DNA from: a virus
Lineage: Duplodnaviria; Caudoviricetes
Direction: 5' to 3' (one strand)
IMG/VR virus record: IMGVR_UViG_3300031519_007630
Coordinates: 1-34,021 of that record
DNA: 34,021 bases
Of the stretch, positions 1-7,191 are shown piece by piece. Position 1 is the stretch's first letter. Every line of letters begins with the position of its first letter. The notes under the pieces were generated by a model. The model saw only the letters and a program-made list of their open reading frames with translations. It made no database searches and had not been told where the DNA came from. Position numbers and translations under genes: made by a program.

Positions 1-2
1 TA

Positions 3-668
3 AGTTTTCATCCTGGACAATTTTGTGTCCTTTCAAGTGCAACACCAGATATAGTAGAAAGAAGTATAGAAGAATTTGAATATCATGCAGACATGGCAAG
101 ATGGATGGGATTTGGCAAAACTTTTCAAGATGGTTGCAAAATTAATGTCCACATATCAGGCAGACAAGGACCAGACGGCATTAAAAAAGCATTGCCAAGA
201 TTATCACAAGAAGCAAGAAATTTAATTACAATAGAAAATGACGAGATGGGACATGGATTAGAGAAAAGTCTAGAACTAGAAAAAAACCTTGCATTGGTTT
301 TAGACATACATCATCATTGGATTAGAGATGAAGAATATATAGATGCTAAAGATGATAGAGTGAAAAGAGTAGTAGACTCATGGCGTGGTGTGAGACCTAC
401 AATGCATTATTCATATTCTAGAGACGAAGCACTTGCACCTGCACAGTTGGGAGATAAAATGCATACTCAAATGCACAATATTCGTGACTTGTTGGAAAAA
501 GGTTGTAAAAAACAAAAACTACGTGCCCACTCGGATTTGTTACCCAATCAAAAAGCTAATGACTGGGCGTTATCTTTTTCAGATAACTTTGACATACAGG
601 TTGAAGCCAAAGGTAAAAATATGGCTTCTGAAGAGCTACACAATCAGTGGCTAAATACTGGTGCATGA
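3..668 (+). CDS. uvsE: UV DNA damage endonuclease (UvsE/UVDE), 5'-truncated by window edge
   Basis: Frame is open from base 3 (SFHPGQFCVLSS...EEFEYHAD) into the listed ORF. It has the UVDE motifs HPGQF, ENDE, LDIHHHW, HYS, AHSD and EAK. Confidence 0.9.
   Translation, partial: SFHPGQFCVLSSATPDIVERSIEEFEYHADMARWMGFGKTFQDGCKINVHISGRQGPDGIKKALPRLSQEARNLITIENDEMGHGLEKSLELEKNLALVLDIHHHWIRDEEYIDAKDDRVKRVVDSWRGVRPTMHYSYSRDEALAPAQLGDKMHTQMHNIRDLLEKGCKKQKLRAHSDLLPNQKANDWALSFSDNFDIQVEAKGKNMASEELHNQWLNTGA
652..657 (+). promoter_or_regulatory. late-type promoter box TAAATA
   Basis: TAAATA lies 7 nt before ATG 665. The same motif recurs before many genes in the window. Confidence 0.6.
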
Positions 669-1213
669 AATTTAAAGAAATAAACGATACTAGTTGTCCA
701 AGAACCAAAGCAGAAATTTGTTCTTGTGAAAGCATTAAAACATTATCCGAACAAGCAACAGACGTAAAAGCATATGTTGAACTTCAACAAAGTGAAACGG
801 TCAAAGGCACTATACTATTGATGCAAAAGCCAGGCACACCAACATTGATAAAAGGTAGAATAGAAGGACTTGAACCAGGTGAACATGGTTTTCATATACA
901 TGAATATGGAGACATGAGTGATGGTTGTGCTTCAATGGGCGGACATTACAATCCTGATGCAGGTGAACATGGCAATATTGATGGAGGTCATGTAGGTGAT
1001 CTTGGAAATGTTACTGCTGATGACAACGGTGTTGCAGACTTTACCATAGTTGCTAAACGTGTTGACCTCGTAGGTGACCGATCAGTTGTTGGTAGAGGCA
1101 TTGTTATACATAAAGATCAAGACGATCTTGGCCAAGGTGGAGATGCCGAATCAAAAAAAACTGGTAACGCAGGTGATAGACTTGCCTGCGGTGTAATAAC
1201 TTTAAAAGAATAA
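665..1213 (+). CDS. sodC: Cu/Zn superoxide dismutase with Cys-rich N-terminal extension
   Basis: Metal-ligand motifs HGFHIH, GGHYNP, GEHG, HVGDLGN, VIH and TGNAGDRLACGVI are present. ATG 665 (ATGA overlap with uvsE stop) is preferred over GTG 647. Confidence 0.95.
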   Translation: MKFKEINDTSCPRTKAEICSCESIKTLSEQATDVKAYVELQQSETVKGTILLMQKPGTPTLIKGRIEGLEPGEHGFHIHEYGDMSDGCASMGGHYNPDAGEHGNIDGGHVGDLGNVTADDNGVADFTIVAKRVDLVGDRSVVGRGIVIHKDQDDLGQGGDAESKKTGNAGDRLACGVITLKE

Positions 1214-1230
1214 TCCTAAATAATAAATAA

Positions 1231-1324
1231 CAGTGCAACGCCACTATATGTGACGTCGGCAAAAACTCCGACCTCTTAATGCTTTAATGCGTGGGCCGGG
1301 CCGTAGGTGGAACTCTCCACTAGC
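1231..1324 (+). ncRNA. candidate structured non-coding RNA, family unknown
   Basis: GC-rich intergenic island after two TAAATA boxes (1217-1222, 1224-1229). Stems: ACG-C-CAC/GTG-A-CGT (1238-1256), GTCGG/CCGAC (1255-1272), ATGC/GCGT (1279-1292), GTGGA/TCCAC (1307-1320). Confidence 0.5.
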
Positions 1325-1353
1325 TTTACAATAAAACAAAACGAGTGTAAAAT
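1325..1353 (+). promoter_or_regulatory. sigma70-like promoter
   Basis: TTTACA-17 nt-TAAAAT, 5 nt upstream of ATG 1359. Confidence 0.6.
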
Positions 1354-1358
1354 ATATT

Positions 1359-2384
1359 ATGTTTGAAAACATTCATAATTGGCCCTTAGAACATTGGCAC
1401 ATAGAAATATGTAGTAAGTGTAGTTTAAAGTGTAGTCGCTGTTCCCGACAAGAAGTTCCAGAAGGACTTGTAAACAGAGATTTGTCTTTGCAATGGTTTA
1501 AAGAAAACTTCACAGGAAAACTATTAAAAGAAGTAAAAAAAATAACTTTTTGTGGTGATGATGGCGACCCAATATACTCAAAAGATTTATTGGAAATATT
1601 AAAATGGTTTAGAACAAAAAACAACCAAGTTCAATTTGTCATAGTGACTAATGGATCATATAAAACCAAAGCATGGTGGACACAATTGAATTCTATATTA
1701 AACGAAAAAGATCATGTTCAATTTTCAATAGATGGATGGGATCAAGAATCAAATAACCTTTACAGAGTAAATTGCAATTGGTATACTATAATGCTTGGAA
1801 TAAATGCTTTATCTAAGAGCAAAGCATATAAAACTTGGGCCGCTATTGCATTTAAGTTTAATGAAAACAAAATTGATACCATGAAGCAGATGGCAAAACA
1901 ACTTAATTTTGATAATTTCCAACTTACTTTAAGTACAAAATTTGGAAAAAATTATTCCAGCTATCCAAAAAATGACCCATTACAGCCAAGTGATGAATAT
2001 GTGGCTGTTGGTAGATTTACAAGGCAAACCGATAGTTTAAGTGATAGGGTTTGGAAAGATAAATGTATAGACATATTTGCAAAAAGATATTATAATGAAA
2101 ATACAAACAACAAAAGTATAATACCGTTGTGTATGATTGGTAACAAAGGACTTTATATAAACGCTCAAGGAAAATTTTATCCCTGTTGCTGGACGGGTTT
2201 AAGATATCCACACAATAAAAATGTTTTTGAATATATAAATTTTAATAAAAAGTTACCTGAAGTTTTAGATAACAATATGTGGAACACACTTTTTAAAGAT
2301 ATTTTGCTAGGCGGCGGACCAAAAGAATGTGGTGAAAAATGTTCTACTAAAAAATGGAACTTAGAACACGCAACTACATGGTAA
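1359..2384 (+). CDS. radical SAM enzyme with C-terminal SPASM/twitch-like Cys cluster
   Basis: CSLKCSRC (CxxxCxxC), GDDGDP, TNG and FSIDG motifs, plus C-terminal C...G..YPCC...CGEKC. Confidence 0.88.
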   Translation: MFENIHNWPLEHWHIEICSKCSLKCSRCSRQEVPEGLVNRDLSLQWFKENFTGKLLKEVKKITFCGDDGDPIYSKDLLEILKWFRTKNNQVQFVIVTNGSYKTKAWWTQLNSILNEKDHVQFSIDGWDQESNNLYRVNCNWYTIMLGINALSKSKAYKTWAAIAFKFNENKIDTMKQMAKQLNFDNFQLTLSTKFGKNYSSYPKNDPLQPSDEYVAVGRFTRQTDSLSDRVWKDKCIDIFAKRYYNENTNNKSIIPLCMIGNKGLYINAQGKFYPCCWTGLRYPHNKNVFEYINFNKKLPEVLDNNMWNTLFKDILLGGGPKECGEKCSTKKWNLEHATTW

Positions 2385-2680
2385 AATTACTGTCACAAAC
2401 TAAAACTTTGCAAACCACTTTAAACAATGGTTACGACAAAAAATTTAAGCACAGTATCTTTTTAAACTCGGACGGAGTTGTTGAAGATTTTATACATTGG
2501 TGTGAAAAAAACTGTAAAGGTAGATGGGGATGGTGGTATGAAACCACAATAGAATGGGAAAGACATTGGGATTCTAGTGGTAACAAGGCCTACATGAGTT
2601 TTGGAAATAAAAAAGAAGCCACACGTTTTTGGTTTGAAAATTGCAATTTAATATATGACACAGATTACGGAAAAGATTGA
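2378..2680 (+). CDS. hypothetical Trp-rich phage protein
   Basis: ORF tightly packed between neighbours, containing WCEKNCKGRWGWW. Start could be 2354 or 2378. Confidence 0.65.
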   Translation: MVKLLSQTKTLQTTLNNGYDKKFKHSIFLNSDGVVEDFIHWCEKNCKGRWGWWYETTIEWERHWDSSGNKAYMSFGNKKEATRFWFENCNLIYDTDYGKD

Positions 2681-3062
2681 GTATTGGGGCTCCAACCTTA
2701 AACTTTTAGAAGGAATGGACAGATTCCAATACATAATTGAGCAGGCACGACTTGCAAAACCTATGCATGAAAAATATAAAATTAAAGAATTTCAAATACA
2801 TGGTTGTGCCAGTAAACTTTGGGTAGTTCCAGAAATGAGGCAAGATAGATTGTTTTTGACAGTAGACAGTGATGCTTTTATCACTAAAGGCACAGCGGCA
2901 ATACTCGCTGATATTTTTGATGGACAATCATGCAGAGAAATAAGTTTGATAACAAAAGAAGATATTGCAAAATTAGGTATAATTGAAATTTTAACACCAC
3001 AAAGACAAAATGGACTCAGCAACATGATCACAACAATTCAAAGGTACGCACAAAACAGATAA
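2655..3062 (+). CDS. sufE: SufE-family sulfur acceptor protein
   Basis: IHGCASKLW (catalytic Cys), DSDAFITKG and LTPQRQNGL motifs. Confidence 0.9.
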   Translation: MTQITEKIEYWGSNLKLLEGMDRFQYIIEQARLAKPMHEKYKIKEFQIHGCASKLWVVPEMRQDRLFLTVDSDAFITKGTAAILADIFDGQSCREISLITKEDIAKLGIIEILTPQRQNGLSNMITTIQRYAQNR

Positions 3063-3070
3063 TTAATATT

Positions 3071-3406
3071 ATGCAATGGTTTAAAATTACAGAGACAGCA
3101 AAAGCACAAATGGAAAACTTGCTGACTAAAAATCCAGACAAATATGCAGTCAGTCTTGGCGTACAAGGTGGAGGCTGTGCAGGATTCAAATATGATTGGG
3201 GATTTATTGACAAACCAGAAAATGTTAATGAAGACGATCATGTTGAAGACTGGGGCACAGGAAAATTTGTCGTAGACAGTCAATCTATGCTGTACGTGGC
3301 TGGAACACAAATTGATTGGAAAGAAGAAGTTTTTGGTTCACAATTTGAAATAACAAATCCTAACGCAAAGGGTGGCTGTGGTTGTGGAGAAAGTTTTGGA
3401 GTTTAA
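3071..3406 (+). CDS. iscA: A-type Fe-S carrier (IscA/SufA/HesB family)
   Basis: GGGCAG and CGCGESF motifs. Confidence 0.93.
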   Translation: MQWFKITETAKAQMENLLTKNPDKYAVSLGVQGGGCAGFKYDWGFIDKPENVNEDDHVEDWGTGKFVVDSQSMLYVAGTQIDWKEEVFGSQFEITNPNAKGGCGCGESFGV

Positions 3407-4212
3407 TGGAAGATAAAAATAAAATATTTGAAGAAACTTGTTTTGTTATAGGCAACGGTGAAAGCAGATTGATTTGGAAGGATTGGAATGCCCTAAAAAA
3501 TATTGGTACAGTGTACGGGTGCAATGCAATTGTGCGAGATTATCCCGATCTGTGTAAAAAAATATTTGTTGTAAACCCACCGTTATATGATGAGATTGTT
3601 GCTGGTAAAGAAAAAAATGGAATCACTGGTGACATAGTTGGATTGGATCGAATAAGCAAATGGAATTATCTAGATGGACTAAAAGATACTTTGCCTTCAA
3701 CAAAAAAAACTATTACTCCTGCTGGACTAAAAATTTACAGAATATGGCAAGGTGGAGATGCTAAAAAAGCTCAATGGCGTCTAATCGATGTATCCAAAGG
3801 AAGAGGTAGTGGCTGTAGTGCTGTACTTGATGCGGCTGAATCAGGTTTTAAAAATATTTTTATTATTGGGTTTGACATTGTAGGAGCTCAACAATGGGAA
3901 CATAAAAAAAGTGTTATGAGTAGAGCACAAAATAATATTTACAAAAATACTCCACATTATCCTGATAGAATGAACATGAAGGCATATCTCAAATACGAAT
4001 GGATGTATCAACTTACACAGACTGCTTTGAAATTTCCTGGCTCAAAATTTATTCACATCAATAGGTTAGAAAATCTAAAAGCCAACTATCTTTTACCTGA
4101 CTATTTCAAACACGCTAGAGGAAATTGTAGAGCGGCCAGTTATGCTGAACTAAAAAAATTCACTGAAGATCCAGTAAATTATTGGCACAGACTGAAGTGG
4201 ATTATAAAATAA
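3406..4212 (+). CDS. Rossmann-like putative transferase (MAF/DUF115/sialyltransferase-like motif pattern)
   Basis: FVIGNGESR, VYGCNA and SG..A...A...GFKNIFIIGFD pattern. Start at the TAATG overlap with the iscA stop. Confidence 0.55.
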   Translation: MEDKNKIFEETCFVIGNGESRLIWKDWNALKNIGTVYGCNAIVRDYPDLCKKIFVVNPPLYDEIVAGKEKNGITGDIVGLDRISKWNYLDGLKDTLPSTKKTITPAGLKIYRIWQGGDAKKAQWRLIDVSKGRGSGCSAVLDAAESGFKNIFIIGFDIVGAQQWEHKKSVMSRAQNNIYKNTPHYPDRMNMKAYLKYEWMYQLTQTALKFPGSKFIHINRLENLKANYLLPDYFKHARGNCRAASYAELKKFTEDPVNYWHRLKWIIK

Positions 4213-4491
4213 TTACAAAAATTTTGTTGAACTAGCATCTAGTTTATAGATGTTACGCATTTTTACGCCAACCTTTTGAGCAAACGTTTTTGAGTCACAA
4301 TTAGGGCAGACATGCTTGTAATCGTTTGTTGCTCTTTCAGGATTTACCTTGGCCCTTGCTCTAAAAAAGATATCTCTACAAGAATCACATTTAAAAACAT
4401 ATATGGTGCTTTTACGTTTGAAGGAGTGGTATATGCCAAGTTTGCTTTGGCGTTCATAAAGTCGGAGTGTTTTTAGTGTTTCTACGAACAT
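4213..4491 (-). CDS. small basic zinc-ribbon protein
   Basis: CDSC...CPNC pair, GGAG Shine-Dalgarno and a minus-strand TAAATA upstream. It fills the gap exactly, with its stop abutting the convergent gene. Confidence 0.75.
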   Translation of the reverse strand: MFVETLKTLRLYERQSKLGIYHSFKRKSTIYVFKCDSCRDIFFRARAKVNPERATNDYKHVCPNCDSKTFAQKVGVKMRNIYKLDASSTKFL

Positions 4492-4505
4492 GGTTGCTCC
4501 AGAAT

Positions 4506-4518
4506 TATTTAATAAATA
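4506..4518. promoter_or_regulatory. back-to-back divergent late-type promoters
   Basis: TATTTA-A-TAAATA gives one TAAATA box on each strand between divergent genes. Confidence 0.65.
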
Positions 4519-4533
4519 CTAGGAGATTATAAT

Positions 4534-7158
4534 ATGGCCAGACTTACAATAGACACAGGAACCTCGGGCAATCCAGCCACTGGCGACTCCTTACGGAGTG
4601 CTTTTACAAAGATTAATGAAAATTTCTCAGAAGTATATAGGGTAGTTGGAGATCCGGATACTGGATTATTAACCACAGATAAAACAAATGGCACAATAAA
4701 AATACAACCCAATGGATCAGGGTTGGTTGAAATTGATCAATTGTCAATTAGTGGCGATAATATCACTAGTTTAATAACAAATGGAACAGTTAACATAACT
4801 GGACAAGCCACAGGTGGTGTGAAAATTGAAGAAATACTTTTTGTAGGTTCAAGCATATCATCACAAGATTCAACTATAATAAACATCAATGATGGAGTTG
4901 TAATTGATGGACCATTGACTGTCAACGGTGAGTTTGTCCTTAACGATTTGGTAGTAGGCACACTTAATGTTGATAACTTAAATTTTAACGACAACGTTAT
5001 TAGTTCTGATTCCAACGCAGATATTTTATTATCTCCAGGTGGTACCGGTAGTGTTCAAGCATCAGGAATTGCTATTAGAGGAACAACTATTTCGTCAGAT
5101 GATTCAACAGCAATTAATATCAACGAAGCATTAATAGTTGACGGCACAGCAACAGTTGCCGGTGCATTAAGTTCTGCAACAAGTTTGGCTTTGGCCACTG
5201 GTGCAACTGTCACAGGCATTGCAGACGAAGACGACATGACTTCCAACAGTGCAACTCTACTTTCTACACAACAATCAATCAAAGCATATGTTGACGCAAC
5301 AGTCACAGCACAGGATCTTGACTTCCAAGGTGACTCAGGTGGTGCATTAAACATTGATTTGGACAGTGAAACTTTAACACTTACAGGTGGTACAGGTATT
5401 GACACAACTGGAGCTTCAAACACAGTTACATTTGCAATTGATTCAACCGTGGCAACATTGGCAGATTCACAAACACTTACAAATAAAACATTAACTAATC
5501 CTATCCTATCTCCTACTGCTACAACAGCCGGTAAGGTTGAGTTTTTAGAAGGAACAGACAACGGTTCTAACAAAGCAACACTGATAGGTCCTGCAAGCAC
5601 CGCCGATGTAACTATTACATTGCCAGCCGCAACTGATACGTTGGTAGGTAAAGCAACAACAGATACATTTACAAATAAAAGTATAGATTTTGACAACAAC
5701 ACAATAACCAATATTGAAGTAGACAATTTAAAGTCAGGTGTACTAGACACAGATCTTACAGCAGTCGCGGGTACAGACACAACCTTAGCTTCAGCAAAAG
5801 CAATCAAGACTTATGTTGATGCACAAGATGCCAACATAGCCAGTGACACATTGACATTGACCAACAAAACATTTGATGCTGAAGGCACAGGCAATGCCCT
5901 ATCCAATGTGGACGTGGCAAATTTAAAATCAGGTGTGTTGGACACGGACATCAGTTCAGTATCTGGCAGTGACGACACAATCGCTTCTGCGAAAGCAATC
6001 AAGACTTATGTTGATTCACAGGTCACAGCACAGGATTTAGACTTGGCAGGCGACAGTGGCACTGGAGCAGTTGACCTAGATTCACAATCACTCACTATCG
6101 CAGGTGGAACAGGATTGGCGTCAGTAGCAGGCAGTCAAACAGTCACATTGAACATAGACTCAACAGTGGCAACATTGACCGGTTCACAGACTTTGACAAA
6201 CAAAACACTAACAAGTCCAACTATCACTAATGCAACGATATCTGAAATAATAACTAATGCAATCACATCAAATGGTTCCAATGCAGATATAAGCATACAA
6301 CCAAGTGGTTCAGGAGATGTTATATTAAGTGGCATACGTATTAACGGTACAACATTAGACTCATCAGATTCAAGCTCAATTAATATCAATGAAGGATTAA
6401 TTGTTGATGGCACAGTGACTGCGGGTGCTTTCGCTGGACCACTGACAGGTGCGGTTACAGGAAATGCCGATACAGCAACTACATCAACAAACGTAACAGT
6501 AGCAGATGAGTCAACTGATACTACTTGTTTCCCATTATTTACAACTGCCGCAAGTGGAGACTTACCACCTAAGAGTGGTACTAATTTAACTTTTAACAGT
6601 GGTAGTGGAGTATTAACTGCTAGTGGATTTATTGGTGCTTTGACAGGAACTGCTTCTATTGCCTCTGCCGTAGTAGTAGCGGATGAGTCAAGTGATACTA
6701 CTTGTTTTCCATTATTTGCATCCGGGGCAACGAGTGGTCAGACAGTTAAAAGTGGATCTAATTTAACATTTAATAGTAGCACAGGTATAATAACTGCTAC
6801 AGGCTTTGCAGGTACTTCTGTCACAACAAATGACATAACAGTACAGACTTCGGGTACAGCAACATTGGCAAGCTCATCGGCTTCAGTGCTAGACAGTTTT
6901 GCAAGTGCAACATTCAGAAGTGCCAAATACATGGTGTCTATTAAAAACACCGCCAATTCAAGATTTGAAACTGCAGAATTATTAGTGGTGCATGACGGTA
7001 CAAACAGTTTTATATACTCAACAGGTGTCAGTTCAACAGGTGATGCGATGGCTACATACACCACAGATATTGACAGTGGCAATGTTAGAATTTTGGTAGT
7101 GCCACAAACAGCCGATTCCACAGTTTACAAATTCCAACGTACATTGATAGTCGTTTAG
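4534..7158 (+). CDS. tail fibre/baseplate protein 1 (T4 gp9-like N- and C-terminal domains, repetitive shaft)
   Basis: N-terminus IDTGTSGNPATGDSLRSAFTKINENF resembles the T4 gp9/gp10 anchor. T/S/G/D-rich repeats, C-terminal FRSAKY...HDGT domain, AGGAG SD. Confidence 0.8.
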   Translation: MARLTIDTGTSGNPATGDSLRSAFTKINENFSEVYRVVGDPDTGLLTTDKTNGTIKIQPNGSGLVEIDQLSISGDNITSLITNGTVNITGQATGGVKIEEILFVGSSISSQDSTIININDGVVIDGPLTVNGEFVLNDLVVGTLNVDNLNFNDNVISSDSNADILLSPGGTGSVQASGIAIRGTTISSDDSTAININEALIVDGTATVAGALSSATSLALATGATVTGIADEDDMTSNSATLLSTQQSIKAYVDATVTAQDLDFQGDSGGALNIDLDSETLTLTGGTGIDTTGASNTVTFAIDSTVATLADSQTLTNKTLTNPILSPTATTAGKVEFLEGTDNGSNKATLIGPASTADVTITLPAATDTLVGKATTDTFTNKSIDFDNNTITNIEVDNLKSGVLDTDLTAVAGTDTTLASAKAIKTYVDAQDANIASDTLTLTNKTFDAEGTGNALSNVDVANLKSGVLDTDISSVSGSDDTIASAKAIKTYVDSQVTAQDLDLAGDSGTGAVDLDSQSLTIAGGTGLASVAGSQTVTLNIDSTVATLTGSQTLTNKTLTSPTITNATISEIITNAITSNGSNADISIQPSGSGDVILSGIRINGTTLDSSDSSSININEGLIVDGTVTAGAFAGPLTGAVTGNADTATTSTNVTVADESTDTTCFPLFTTAASGDLPPKSGTNLTFNSGSGVLTASGFIGALTGTASIASAVVVADESSDTTCFPLFASGATSGQTVKSGSNLTFNSSTGIITATGFAGTSVTTNDITVQTSGTATLASSSASVLDSFASATFRSAKYMVSIKNTANSRFETAELLVVHDGTNSFIYSTGVSSTGDAMATYTTDIDSGNVRILVVPQTADSTVYKFQRTLIVV
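5161..5316 (+). repeat. 156-bp cassette shared with 11225-11380
   Basis: Hand alignment gives 17 mismatches in 156 nt and 50 of 52 identical residues (GALSSATSLALATGATVTGIADEDD...QQSIKAYVDATVTAQD). Confidence 0.9.
5722..6015 (+). repeat. internal tandem repeat, 195-nt period
   Basis: NLKSGVLDTD...ASAKAIKTYVD occurs twice. Confidence 0.85.
6499..6807 (+). repeat. internal tandem repeat, 177-nt period
   Basis: VADES.DTTCFPLF...KSG.NLTFNS..G..TA.GF occurs twice. Confidence 0.85.
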
Positions 7159-7176
7159 TAGTCTAGTTTTTTTCAC

Positions 7177-7182
7177 TAAATA
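7177..7182 (+). promoter_or_regulatory. late-type promoter box TAAATA
   Basis: 9 nt before ATG 7192. Confidence 0.6.
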
Positions 7183-7191
7183 TTAGCCAAT

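Noticed and set aside
1301-1330. Rho-independent terminator or tRNA T-arm
   Set aside because: The hairpin is followed by only TTT, and no cloverleaf or TTCGA loop can be built. A weak terminator role cannot be fully excluded.
1231-1358. SAM riboswitch controlling the radical SAM gene
   Set aside because: No SAM-I, -II or -V consensus was recognised, and a separate sigma70-like promoter lies between the structure and the ATG, so it is probably not in that mRNA leader.
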